Below are positions 36,513 to 46,245 of a stretch of DNA of 52,184 nt, one piece after another. Numbering within the stretch: the stretch's first letter is position 1; every line of letters begins with the position of its first letter. The notes beneath the pieces are model-generated. The model did no database searches. It saw only the letters and a program-made list of their open reading frames with translations, and was not told the DNA's origin. The position numbers were made by a program, and so were the translations under genes. Origin of the DNA: a virus (lineage: Duplodnaviria; Caudoviricetes); the IMG/VR virus record IMGVR_UViG_3300044858_004443, positions 1-52,184 of that record; one strand, 5' to 3'.

Positions 36513-39500
36513 GTGACAGATTTTGTCCACCTTCACTGCCATTCTGAATACTCATTGCTTGATGGGATGTCAACGCCAGATGAGATCGCCAAGATAACAA
36601 GCATAAATGGTCAAATTGCAGCAGCTATAACTGATCACGGCACAATGGGCGGTGTTTTAAAGTTTCAAGATTCCTGCAGTAAGCACAATGTCAAGCCATT
36701 ATTTGGCATTGAGGCATACTTTGTTCCATCGGTGCCGCAAGACTCAGAAGACACCAGCGAAAGATTCCATTTAATTCTTCTTGCTAAAAACAATGAGGGC
36801 TTGAAGAAGCTTTTTAAGATTAATGAAAAGGCTTGGGTCAAAAACTTTTATTATAAACCAAGAATAGACTTTGACCTTCTTGAGCAATTAGTTGATAATG
36901 ATGTCATCGCACTTTCCGGTTGTATGGCTAGTGCGATATCTAAATCAATAATGGCGGGTGATACAAATAGAGCCCAAGAATTATCAGAACGCTTTATTAA
37001 GATCTTTAAAGATGATTTCTATTATGAGGTTCAAGCTTGGAACCCAAAGGAATTAAATGATGGTCTTATAAGCCTTGCCCAAACATATGGGCGCAAGGTA
37101 GTAGCAACAGCAGATTGCCACTTCCCTTCTCGTAAAGATAAGGGGTGTGAAGAAATACTTCTAATGATCTCCCAATACCCAAGCCTTGGGGCAGCAGACC
37201 AAAGACACGCCAAAGAACATGCCGACTGTTTACATAATCCCAGCCTTGACATGGTGGCGAAAATCAACAATATGTATCCTAACAGGTCATTGCGCTTTGA
37301 TGAAATCAATCCATACTTGGCAGATGCAACAGAAGTGGCATCGTGGTTTAAAGATGCCGGTTATGACAGAACAGATATTCTGGAAAATACCGTTGAAGTA
37401 GCGGAAAAGTGTACGGCAAAACTGGAGAAGAGAAAGAATCTGTTGCCCAAGTATATGAAGTCGCTCAACTCTGATGATTATCTGAAAGAGATGGCGGAAT
37501 TTCGGCTCAAGGAATTGAATCTTGGAGATGAATATAAGGCTCGTCTGTATGAAGAATTGGCAATTATTCAACAGCTCGGCTTTGCGGATTATTTCTTGAT
37601 TGTATGGGACTTGGTAAAATGGGCGGATACAAATGGCATCGGGCGAGGCACCGGGCGAGGCTCTGTGGGTGGAAGTTTGCTGGCGTATCTGCTTGATATT
37701 ACAAAGGTGGACCCGCTTCAATACAAGCTGTTGTTTTCACGGTTTATCAATCCCGAAAGAAACGACTATCCCGACATTGACCTGGACTTTGAAGATAAAC
37801 GCAGAGATGAAGTGAAAAATTATCTTGCCACACGCTGGGGTGAAGATAAAGTAGCGGCGATTTCGATTTATGGTACATTTAAGCCAAAGAGTGCGGTGAA
37901 AGATGTTGCCCGAATTTTGCAGGTACCATATGCAGAGATCAATAATATCACTCCATACTTTGAAACAATTGATGAATTAAAGAGTACAGAAAAGGGCAAG
38001 ATATTTGTTCGCAAATACCCCGATGTGCCGATATTGGCAGAACGCCTACAAGAGCGTGTACGAACCGCAGGGGTACATGCTGCAGGAATGGTCGTATCTT
38101 CGGTTCCGCTAACAGAAGTCTGTCCGGTGGAATCCAGAAAGGACTCACAGGGTGGAGAAAGAAGCGCAGTTACAGCGTTTGCAATGGAGGATGCAGAAGC
38201 CGTTGGGCTTATAAAAATAGACGTTTTGGGTCTCAAGACCGTATCTGTCATTAAAGACGCTTTAGAAATGATTAGAAAGCGCTATGGCAAGGATGTGGAG
38301 GCTCTTTCACTGGGGTTGGATGACCACAAGGTGTACGAGAACTTTAATAATATCAACACAGTGGGCATCTTCCAAACAGACGCTGCAGCATACCGCAATC
38401 TTATTGAAAGAATGGGTATTGATAACTTTAACGATCTTGTGGTATCAAACGCTCTAGTAAGACCGGGAGCTTTGTTGTCACAAGGACAGAGATATATTGA
38501 CTGCAAAAAGGGTGAATCAAATCCAAAGTATGCCCATGAGGTGGTTCAGTCGATCTTAGAAGAGACATATGGCACAGTTATTTTCCAAGAGCAATTGATG
38601 CAAATGGCGGTGCTGTTGGCTGATTTCACATGGTCTGAAGCTGACTCTTTGCGCAAGATTATCGGTAAAAAGCGTGATGTTGCCGAATTTGATAAGTTTA
38701 AAGACAAGTTTATTAATAATAAATATCTTACTGAGGCGCAATCCGAAAAGATTTGGTCAGAATTTGAACTTTCAGCGTTGTATATGTTTAATAAATCCCA
38801 CGCTGTTGCTTACTCACTTATGTCTTATCAAACAATGTGGTTAAAAGTTAATTATCCACTTGAGTTTATGTGGGCTCTGCTGTATAACGAGTCTGCAACA
38901 GACAAGATTACAGCCTATCTAATGGAAGCTCAGAGGTTAGGGCTTAAAATCTATCCACCAGATATCAATAAGTCGCAAGAGTTCTTCTCGATGTCGCTTC
39001 CTGGTGAGGATGAAGGTATTAGATTTGGTCTTACCAATGTTACCGGTTGTGGTGCAAGTGCAATAAATGAAATATTTGGGAAGAGACCATTTAATTCTTT
39101 TGAAGAATTCAATAATAAGTGCTCTAAGAGTGCAGTTAAGGCTCCGTTGAGGGAGAACTTAGACAAAGTTGGTGCATTTGAGTCAATCGGTCATATTTCT
39201 CAGTTTGACCATCCAAGGTACTATCTACCAATTCTTGGTTTCCCAATTAAAGCAAGTGAATTCAAGACAGAAATAGATGAATTTGTAGAAAATGCTGCCG
39301 ATTTTCATGAGACAGCATCGAGTCTAACTCTCATTAAAGCCGTAGTTAGATCCACAAAGAAAGCACAGAATTATTTGCGTGTAGAGTTTGAAGATCACTC
39401 CGGCTCTTGTACCGTTTTTGGTGAGAGAAATACTGAATTGGCACAACGTGATTACGTTTATGCGCTCATTGGTGATAGAACGCTTCATGCATATTGCGAT

Positions 39501-39938
39501 GTTTATCAAGCGCAAGATTCAAAGCTCTACAACATTATGATGATGAAGAAATTAGGAACAGATCATAAATACTCATGGGTTTACAAGCATGATATTGGAT
39601 TTATAAGTGATCCAAAGACAATGATGTATGTCTTCAACATTAGAAGTTTTAAAACATCAACAGGTAAAGAAATGGCAAGCGTTTACTGCTGGGATGGGAA
39701 GCAATTCTTTAAAGTAGTTATATTCTCTGCAGTGTATAAGAAAGTAAAAAATCTTCTCAAAGAGGGTGAATGGTATGCAGCAAGACTATCAAGGATTGAA
39801 GATAAGGAAACTCTTAATCGACTTGACTCTTTCAAGCTTGATTCCGCTGATAAACTAATTACTATGGAAGATTACATCACTAGAAAACAAATAAAAGAGC
39901 TACAAAATGAAGTTAACTATATACATTCCGACATATAG
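36513..39938 (+). CDS. dnaE: DNA polymerase III alpha subunit (DnaE-like)
   Basis: PHP motifs HLHCHSEYSLLDG and ITDHG; GRGS; PDIDLDF; HAAG; KIDVLGL; FQEQ; FNKSHA. Confidence 0.95.
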   Translation: MTDFVHLHCHSEYSLLDGMSTPDEIAKITSINGQIAAAITDHGTMGGVLKFQDSCSKHNVKPLFGIEAYFVPSVPQDSEDTSERFHLILLAKNNEGLKKLFKINEKAWVKNFYYKPRIDFDLLEQLVDNDVIALSGCMASAISKSIMAGDTNRAQELSERFIKIFKDDFYYEVQAWNPKELNDGLISLAQTYGRKVVATADCHFPSRKDKGCEEILLMISQYPSLGAADQRHAKEHADCLHNPSLDMVAKINNMYPNRSLRFDEINPYLADATEVASWFKDAGYDRTDILENTVEVAEKCTAKLEKRKNLLPKYMKSLNSDDYLKEMAEFRLKELNLGDEYKARLYEELAIIQQLGFADYFLIVWDLVKWADTNGIGRGTGRGSVGGSLLAYLLDITKVDPLQYKLLFSRFINPERNDYPDIDLDFEDKRRDEVKNYLATRWGEDKVAAISIYGTFKPKSAVKDVARILQVPYAEINNITPYFETIDELKSTEKGKIFVRKYPDVPILAERLQERVRTAGVHAAGMVVSSVPLTEVCPVESRKDSQGGERSAVTAFAMEDAEAVGLIKIDVLGLKTVSVIKDALEMIRKRYGKDVEALSLGLDDHKVYENFNNINTVGIFQTDAAAYRNLIERMGIDNFNDLVVSNALVRPGALLSQGQRYIDCKKGESNPKYAHEVVQSILEETYGTVIFQEQLMQMAVLLADFTWSEADSLRKIIGKKRDVAEFDKFKDKFINNKYLTEAQSEKIWSEFELSALYMFNKSHAVAYSLMSYQTMWLKVNYPLEFMWALLYNESATDKITAYLMEAQRLGLKIYPPDINKSQEFFSMSLPGEDEGIRFGLTNVTGCGASAINEIFGKRPFNSFEEFNNKCSKSAVKAPLRENLDKVGAFESIGHISQFDHPRYYLPILGFPIKASEFKTEIDEFVENAADFHETASSLTLIKAVVRSTKKAQNYLRVEFEDHSGSCTVFGERNTELAQRDYVYALIGDRTLHAYCDVYQAQDSKLYNIMMMKKLGTDHKYSWVYKHDIGFISDPKTMMYVFNIRSFKTSTGKEMASVYCWDGKQFFKVVIFSAVYKKVKNLLKEGEWYAARLSRIEDKETLNRLDSFKLDSADKLITMEDYITRKQIKELQNEVNYIHSDI

Positions 39939-40629
39939 AAGAGAATCACTTGATGCTTGCTTAAACAGCATTACATCACAATATAATGACCATGTTGAGA
40001 TTATTGTTTCTGACAATGATCAAGACGGATTTGCAAAAAATATAGTTTATAAATATGAAAAATATATATCTGAATATTCAATTAGAAAGCAAAATATTGG
40101 CTGCGATGGGAATTGTTTATATGGAATCACAGCCGGTGATGGAGAATATGTATGGGTTATTGGAGATGATGATGTTATCCTACCTGGGGCTTTGGATACT
40201 ATTTTATCAATGCTTGATGGAACAGATCGTATAATGCAATTTGCACCATATTCTGGTGAAGTAATACCTGCATTTTCTGGCGCAATGTCTGAGTTAATAA
40301 CTAAACTTAATGACAAATCATTTTTAATTGCTGCAACATTAGCAAGTATGAATGTGTGGAGAAGGGATGTTATGGACTTTAGAACAGGAGTAAAACACTT
40401 GGATTCTAGGAATGTGTTAGCTTGGGCTGGTCTTAATTGCAAGACAGTTAGTATTCCAATTTTCCCAACAGTTTTAGTCAATGACACTAATCAGTTTGAA
40501 TTTAGAGCGTTTGATCAAGTTATGTTTGAATATTCAGATGCATTAGCTGATGCTAACGGTGTTGAGAGATTTACTTTTTACAACGCTAATAAATGGAATT
40601 TTGTTAGCGCCTCGTTGGGGGCAAAATGA
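39907..40629 (+). CDS. Glycosyltransferase family 2
   Basis: LTIYIPTYRR, EIIVSDN, NIG.DGN and YVWVIGDDD. Confidence 0.85.
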   Translation: MKLTIYIPTYRRESLDACLNSITSQYNDHVEIIVSDNDQDGFAKNIVYKYEKYISEYSIRKQNIGCDGNCLYGITAGDGEYVWVIGDDDVILPGALDTILSMLDGTDRIMQFAPYSGEVIPAFSGAMSELITKLNDKSFLIAATLASMNVWRRDVMDFRTGVKHLDSRNVLAWAGLNCKTVSIPIFPTVLVNDTNQFEFRAFDQVMFEYSDALADANGVERFTFYNANKWNFVSASLGAK

Positions 40630-41138
40630 TTGTCTCTACAGGTGGCACATTTGATCTATTTCATTCCGGTCATTTCACTGGAGATAAGTTCACTGGAGAT
40701 AAGATGGTTGTGTATACAGGTGGTACATTTGATTTATTTCATTTTGGTCATTCAAGATTGTTGGAGAGATGCAAAAAAGCAGTTGGCGATAATGGCTATT
40801 TAGTCGTTTCGGTTAATACAGATGAATTCTGCTCTCAATACAAAGAACCTCCAATTTGCAGTCTAGCTGAAAGAATGGAAGTTGTTTCTTCTTGTAAATG
40901 GGTGGATAAAGTAATTGTAAATTCGGGCGGTGCTGATTCTCGACCTGCTATTATAGAGGCGAAAGCTAATCTTGTAATTGTTGGTTCCGACTGGCAAACT
41001 AAAGATTATTACAAACAAATGGGATTCACTCAAGAATGGCTTGACGAGCATAATATTGGTGTGATGTTTATCCCGTATACAGATGCTATCTCAACAACAA
41101 TTATTAAATCAAGAATACTAAACAGATCATTACAATAA
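40626..41138 (+). CDS. Cytidylyltransferase (TagD-like HxGH family) with a duplicated N-terminus; alternative start 40704
   Basis: YTGGTFDLFHFGH, LVVSVNTDEF, ERMEVV..CKWVD, GSDW and YT..ISTT.IK. Confidence 0.9.
   Translation: MIVSTGGTFDLFHSGHFTGDKFTGDKMVVYTGGTFDLFHFGHSRLLERCKKAVGDNGYLVVSVNTDEFCSQYKEPPICSLAERMEVVSSCKWVDKVIVNSGGADSRPAIIEAKANLVIVGSDWQTKDYYKQMGFTQEWLDEHNIGVMFIPYTDAISTTIIKSRILNRSLQ
40674..40703 (+). repeat. 15-bp tandem repeat containing an SD
   Basis: ttcactggagataag x2, immediately before ATG 40704. Confidence 0.9.
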
Positions 41139-41147
41139 AGGAGAAAT

Positions 41148-42068
41148 ATGTTAATAGTAGATAAAAGAAAAGGAGATCTGATGCCGGTGCATCAGATTAT
41201 TCCAACACCTAGCATTGGATTAAACCGGGCGCTTGGTGGGGGATTAAATACAGGAGCAACTCATTTATTCTGGGGTACTCCATCTGTTGGTAAAACCACA
41301 ATGTGCTTTAGAATTCTTGCCGAAGCTCAGCGCATGGGATATCGACCAGTTATTATTGATTCAGAATCGTCTTATAATGATGAGTATGCAATTAAATGTG
41401 GTATTGATGTTGATGACATTGTTGTTATTCAATCTACAATTGTTGAAGAGATATTGAAAAATATTCATCAATATCTCAACCATCAAGAGGAGAAGCACAT
41501 CTTTCTCTTCGATAGCTTGTCTAACATTATTAAAGAAGAATTCTATGACAAGCCGGAGGGCGGCAAGGCAATGGGCTTGCAGTCAAGATCGCAAGGATTC
41601 CTATTGCAAAAGCTAGTCAATTATTTGCACAAGGAAAGAAATATAATGCTCTTTGTAGCTCATCAAACGGTTGATCTTAGCGGAATGTTTGCAGTTACAA
41701 AAGCAAAGATGGGGAATACTGTTCATCATAATATGCATAATATTGTTAAACTTTTCTTATCAATGTCAAAGAGTGAGATGGAGAGGGACGAGACTAATCT
41801 TATTACCAGCCAACGTGCTACTTGGACAATTGAGAAAACAAAACAGCTTCCAAGTATTGGCACTACTGGTTACTATTATGTTCTCCCCCAGGAAGGTAAA
41901 ATTGATATTAATCGGGAACTCATTGACATTGCCGTTGAGATGAATGTGATTGAAAGAAAAGGCGCATGGTATACTTATGAAGATAGTAAATGGAATGGTC
42001 TTGGTTCAATTGACTTGACTGATAAGCAAAGAAAAGGGATTGAGAAGGTGATTCTAAATGGAGAATGA
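41148..42068 (+). CDS. recA: RecA/UvsX-like recombinase
   Basis: TPSIGLNRALGGG, GTPSVGKTT, IDSE, FDSLS and IERKGAWYTY...KWNG. Confidence 0.85.
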   Translation: MLIVDKRKGDLMPVHQIIPTPSIGLNRALGGGLNTGATHLFWGTPSVGKTTMCFRILAEAQRMGYRPVIIDSESSYNDEYAIKCGIDVDDIVVIQSTIVEEILKNIHQYLNHQEEKHIFLFDSLSNIIKEEFYDKPEGGKAMGLQSRSQGFLLQKLVNYLHKERNIMLFVAHQTVDLSGMFAVTKAKMGNTVHHNMHNIVKLFLSMSKSEMERDETNLITSQRATWTIEKTKQLPSIGTTGYYYVLPQEGKIDINRELIDIAVEMNVIERKGAWYTYEDSKWNGLGSIDLTDKQRKGIEKVILNGE

Positions 42069-42402
42069 AATGGATTTTTCTAATTATCAATTTAGGGCGT
42101 GTAAAACTGCAAAGTATCCTCAGAACCCCACCATTGGGGTTATTTATACTGCTCTTGGATTGGCTTCAGAAGCTGGAGAAGTTGCTGGCAAAATCAAGAA
42201 GATGATCCGTGATGATAATATGGAATTAACATTTGATAGAAAGCAGCAGGTGGTAGATGAGATTGGTGATGTCTTATGGTATTGCGCCATGCTCGCTACC
42301 GAACTAAACATTTCATTTAATGAAGTTGCAATCAGAAATCTTCAGAAACTTGAAGATCGCAATAATAGAAATGCAATTCATGGAGATGGCGATAATCGTT
42401 AA
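42058..42402 (+). CDS. MazG-like nucleotide pyrophosphohydrolase
   Basis: LGLASEAGEVAGKIKK...EIGDVLWY...N..KL..R...IHGDGDNR. Confidence 0.85.
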   Translation: MENEMDFSNYQFRACKTAKYPQNPTIGVIYTALGLASEAGEVAGKIKKMIRDDNMELTFDRKQQVVDEIGDVLWYCAMLATELNISFNEVAIRNLQKLEDRNNRNAIHGDGDNR

Positions 42403-43625
42403 TGCTATTTTCAATTCATACTGATCAGCACATTATTGATGCCAAAGGTATATTTGGGTATTCATATGGATACCATAAAACGATTGAAAACTTTAATAAG
42501 TTTAAGTATCGCAACGAAAAAATGAATGTCGTTAAAAACGACAAGGCTTCTCCAATTCAAATGTTCTACATGGAGCCTGAGTGGTATAACTTGAAAACGA
42601 TGACAAGTCTTCGTTCCCCTGAATTCCAAAAGTTCCATGATCACCAGTATAAAATCTATGGAACATACCTTGAGGCAACCCGCGTTTGGTCTCATTGGAT
42701 TGAGGCGATGAAGCAAGTTGATGAAATTTGGGTCGGTAATAAATTTTCTGTAGATGCAATTAAGAATTCCGGCATTGAAACACCTGTGTATATTTTTGAA
42801 TTGGGTTTAGATAAGATTTGGCAACCATACAAAAGAAAAGATACAGGTGTTGTCAGATTTCTTCATGTTGATTCAGGCAGTCCAAGAAAACGAGCTGACC
42901 TTGTAGAAAAAGCTTTTACTACTATTTTTGGAGACAGAAATGATGTTCAATTAACATTAAAATATCATTCTCATGAAGGCGATTCTGGTGGAAAATCTAA
43001 TGTTGTAAAACTGTATAAAACATTAAGCACTGAAGAGATGGTAAAGCTTTATCAGGATCACGATGTTCTTTTGTACCCAAGTGAGGGCGAAGGATTTGGT
43101 CTAATACCACTTCAGGCAATGGCTACAGGTATGCCTGTGATATCAACAGGGGTTTGGTGTGATTATGAAAGATTTTTCAACTCAAATATTATTGATTCAA
43201 CCATGGGTAAAACTCAACATACCGGGTATTTTGAAGGCAAAGTTGTGCTTCCAGACTTTGATTCGCTTGTTTCGCTTATTAAAAAAGTATACGACGATAT
43301 TGATGCGCAAAAAAAGTTTTTTTATGATCAAGCTCCTCTTGTCATTGAAGAGTATGATTGGAAAAATAAAACAGATAAGGTTCTTAATGCTCTCATAAAA
43401 AGAGTCGGCATAAAAAAATTTAATCCCATCAAGAAGTATGTTGTTGTAAAAGACTTCATCTACTTTAAAGGCAACAACCGCTACATAGCCCCAGATGGAT
43501 CTATGTTTGATTCAGAAAATAGAATTAGAGAGGTTGATAAGAAAGTTGCTGACAGCTTGGTGTATAATAAATCTTTTAGAAAAGCAACAGGCGATGAGAT
43601 AAGGGCGTTTAATGAAAAGAACTGA
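42402..43625 (+). CDS. Glycosyltransferase, GT-B/GT4-like
   Basis: RKRADL and LYPSEGEGFGLIPLQAMATGMPVI. Confidence 0.85.
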   Translation: MLFSIHTDQHIIDAKGIFGYSYGYHKTIENFNKFKYRNEKMNVVKNDKASPIQMFYMEPEWYNLKTMTSLRSPEFQKFHDHQYKIYGTYLEATRVWSHWIEAMKQVDEIWVGNKFSVDAIKNSGIETPVYIFELGLDKIWQPYKRKDTGVVRFLHVDSGSPRKRADLVEKAFTTIFGDRNDVQLTLKYHSHEGDSGGKSNVVKLYKTLSTEEMVKLYQDHDVLLYPSEGEGFGLIPLQAMATGMPVISTGVWCDYERFFNSNIIDSTMGKTQHTGYFEGKVVLPDFDSLVSLIKKVYDDIDAQKKFFYDQAPLVIEEYDWKNKTDKVLNALIKRVGIKKFNPIKKYVVVKDFIYFKGNNRYIAPDGSMFDSENRIREVDKKVADSLVYNKSFRKATGDEIRAFNEKN

Positions 43626-43911
43626 GAAGGAAGAAGCAAAAAGAGATGGCGCAAGAACCGTTAAGAATTCAGGAAGGGGTTTTAGAAAAGGTGATGCGAC
43701 AATGAATAAATTTTTGTTAGATTACAAACATAATGGTAAAAGTTTTACTTTGACTCAAAAATTTTGGAAGAAATTTAGTAAAGATGCTTGGAATAATAAT
43801 TACAAATATCCATGCATATCAGTGGTTATGGGTGATGATTCGGAAACAAAAGTTGCAATAATAGATTGGGAAGTTTTTAAAGATTTAATAAAAGGAAGCG
43901 AGTATGAATAG
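43612..43911 (+). CDS. PD-(D/E)XK nuclease / Holliday junction resolvase-like protein
   Basis: E...AKRDGA....NSGRG..KGDA....LLDYK. Confidence 0.65.
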   Translation: MKRTEKEEAKRDGARTVKNSGRGFRKGDATMNKFLLDYKHNGKSFTLTQKFWKKFSKDAWNNNYKYPCISVVMGDDSETKVAIIDWEVFKDLIKGSEYE

Positions 43912-44044
43912 AGTATCTATATACGCCGACAAGCTTTCATCCTGGGCAGCAATTGGTGTTCATTTCAATTGGGATGACGGAATATATTTTGGTTTCTATG
44001 TGCTAAGATGGTCGATCGGAATTCAAATTAGAAAGGGTATCTGA
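43904..44044 (+). CDS. Unlisted 46-aa hydrophobic/aromatic protein
   Basis: MNRVSIYADKLSSWAAIGVHFNWDDGIYFGFYVLRWSIGIQIRKGI. It fills the gap, has an AAGGA RBS, and its TGA overlaps the next ATG. Confidence 0.6.
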   Translation: MNRVSIYADKLSSWAAIGVHFNWDDGIYFGFYVLRWSIGIQIRKGI

Positions 44045-44367
44045 TGCCAGATATCATTATTAATAAAGACATCATTGCCGAACAGATGGGGGATAAATCA
44101 GAAGAGTTCATAGAATGCATCCGGGTCGTCCAGGATATTATTGAAAATCCAGATCACTATCTTGGTACTCAGGCTATAAAGTATGCAAATATTCTTGCTG
44201 CCTATAGAACGCTAATGATTGTTAAATCACAGGCTTTCAAGAGAAAATCTGCGATTATGAGTGATCAAGATAAGTTTGTTAATGATATTTGGAAAACAAT
44301 GTACGAGGCTCTAACAGAAAATATAAATGCACTAAAAATTGCCGGAAAGGGCGGTTATAACCAATGA
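44044..44367 (+). CDS. Hypothetical protein
   Basis: Coupled helical ORF within the recombination module. Confidence 0.6.
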   Translation: MPDIIINKDIIAEQMGDKSEEFIECIRVVQDIIENPDHYLGTQAIKYANILAAYRTLMIVKSQAFKRKSAIMSDQDKFVNDIWKTMYEALTENINALKIAGKGGYNQ

Positions 44368-45089
44368 AATCATTAAAACAGTTGAGAAAACCAAAAGAGA
44401 CAGTGATTGTTCAATCCCAGTCGCCAGCTGATTTAGAGCAGACTTTAAATAAAGCAATAGATGAGCAACTGCTTAAAAAGAATGAGACTACCTATAAAAA
44501 GGTCAGTGGATTCCATCCTAGTTATACAAATCAATGCTCAAGATATTGGTATTATTTATTTGAAGGAGTAGAGGTAACACCCGATTTTAGTCCACAAACG
44601 CTTAGAATATTTGATAATGGTCATGCTGTTCATAGTCGTTTGTACAATTACTTTAGAGATATGGGTATTCTTGTAGATGAAGAAATACCAGTTACTTATG
44701 CTGATCCGCCAATTGAGGGCACAGCAGATGGTATCATTAATTGGTACGGAGATAAGTTAATAGAGTTAAAGTCTATTAGCTCCGAAGGATTCCATTATAG
44801 ACAAATTTACAAAAAACCAAAAGATGAACACTATCGCCAAGCGCAGATATACATGCAATGTCTTGACCTTGATGGTGGTTTCGTTATTTATGAAAACAAA
44901 AACAATCAAGAGATACTTCCAATTTATATAGAAAAAGATCAGGATTTTATAAATAAATTATTCAAAAAGTACAGAGAGTATTATGGAAACTTTGTGAGAC
45001 AAAGTATTCCAGACAGACCATACAAGAGGACATCTAAGAATTGCTCGTCTTGTGATTTGGCTGCTTTATGCTGGGGAGATAGTGAGTAG
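44364..45089 (+). CDS. Cas4-like PD-(D/E)XK exonuclease
   Basis: HPS...CSRYWYY, GTADG, IELKS, QAQIYM and CSSC....LCW (1+3 Cys). Confidence 0.85.
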   Translation: MKSLKQLRKPKETVIVQSQSPADLEQTLNKAIDEQLLKKNETTYKKVSGFHPSYTNQCSRYWYYLFEGVEVTPDFSPQTLRIFDNGHAVHSRLYNYFRDMGILVDEEIPVTYADPPIEGTADGIINWYGDKLIELKSISSEGFHYRQIYKKPKDEHYRQAQIYMQCLDLDGGFVIYENKNNQEILPIYIEKDQDFINKLFKKYREYYGNFVRQSIPDRPYKRTSKNCSSCDLAALCWGDSE

Positions 45090-45393
45090 TGGTGTTTCTA
45101 GAGTTTGCAAAAACAACGAGTGTAAGAAAAAGTTTGAAGCAAAAGTCTACAACAGTATATATTGTTCTGCAGAATGTAGAAGGATAGTTACTAATAAAAA
45201 GCTACTAGCCAATTATTACGAAAAAAAACGTAATAAAGGTAAGAAGAGAACTTGTTCAACTGAAAATTGTACAACGATACTTTCTAGGTATAACAAGGAA
45301 GATATATGCGAAAGATGCAAAGACGAAAGGCTAATACAAAGACTAGTAAGTTGGGGTTGGGACGAAGCAAAGCTCCGAAGAGAAAAAATGTGA
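45082..45393 (+). CDS. Cys-rich zinc-finger protein
   Basis: CKNNEC...YCSAEC...CSTENC...LSRYN....CERC. GTG 45082 follows GGGGAG. Confidence 0.65.
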   Translation: MSSGVSRVCKNNECKKKFEAKVYNSIYCSAECRRIVTNKKLLANYYEKKRNKGKKRTCSTENCTTILSRYNKEDICERCKDERLIQRLVSWGWDEAKLRREKM

Positions 45394-45971
45394 GTATTAA
45401 ATCTATTGCTAATACTAACTTTACAAAAGTTCTTTCAATTGATCCATCATCACACTCTCTTGGTTGGGCTGTTATAGAGATCGGATTAAAACAACCTCGA
45501 TTGATAAAATGCGGAAAAATAAAATTCCCCAAGTCCCCGGAAATGCATATTAAATTTCAAGCAATAAATGATGGGCTGGCTGAGATATGTAAAGAGTACA
45601 AGCCAAATCATTGCGTAATAGAGCAATCAGTATATATTCAAAATTTTCAAACCAGCAGGGTGATTTCTTACATCATAGGTTACTCATGGGGTATTGCTCA
45701 GGGTTATTGCTCAAAAGTTATAGATATAAATCCAATGATATGGAAGCGTGGAGTAGGCTATAAAAATCTTTCTAAAGACGATAAAGAATATTTGCTAACA
45801 GAAGCAAGTCGAAAAAAAGAAAGGAAAGATAGGGTTAGAGATATCATCACTGGTTATTTTGAAATGCTTGATGATGACTTGAAAGATGATGATATTGTTG
45901 ACGCAATCGGTATTGGTCTATGGTATTATTTAATGTTGAGGAAAGATGGCACTAGAACCGTACAAAGATAA
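45390..45971 (+). CDS. ruvC: RuvC-like Holliday junction resolvase
   Basis: LSIDPS...LGWA, VIEQ, P..WK and DDDIVDAIGIG. Confidence 0.8.
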   Translation: MSIKSIANTNFTKVLSIDPSSHSLGWAVIEIGLKQPRLIKCGKIKFPKSPEMHIKFQAINDGLAEICKEYKPNHCVIEQSVYIQNFQTSRVISYIIGYSWGIAQGYCSKVIDINPMIWKRGVGYKNLSKDDKEYLLTEASRKKERKDRVRDIITGYFEMLDDDLKDDDIVDAIGIGLWYYLMLRKDGTRTVQR

Positions 45972-46245
45972 AAGCTGGCTTTATGAGCATTATGTTCGTA
46001 AGAGAATGAATCTTACTGACATTGTAAAACTTTTAAAGCAAACTTATAACATGGAAATAACACCACAGGGCTTGTATAACTGGTGTGAAAAATACGATCT
46101 CCTTAGATTTAGAGGCAAGGGTCGAAATCTTGCATCTACAGCTAAGCGTAGACCGCAATCTCCAATGCAAAAGCAAGTAGAGCAGAGAAAGCGGCAGAAA
46201 AGAAAAGAAATACAACAAAAAAAGAAAGGTCTTAAAAGAAGATAA
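45946..46245 (+). CDS. HTH DNA-binding protein
   Basis: YKDKSWLYEHYV......DI.........T.QGLYNW; basic C-terminus. Confidence 0.6.
   Translation: MALEPYKDKSWLYEHYVRKRMNLTDIVKLLKQTYNMEITPQGLYNWCEKYDLLRFRGKGRNLASTAKRRPQSPMQKQVEQRKRQKRKEIQQKKKGLKRR

Noticed and set aside
32389-42068. Bacterial chromosomal origin of the dnaB/dnaG/dnaE/recA/whiB cluster
   Set aside because: The genes are divergent, compact and co-oriented with tail and terminase genes; no host housekeeping context, integrase or att site is present.
44364-45089. Cas4-like gene as evidence of a CRISPR-Cas system
   Set aside because: Solo Cas4-like nucleases are common in phage recombination modules, and this one sits among recA and resolvase genes.
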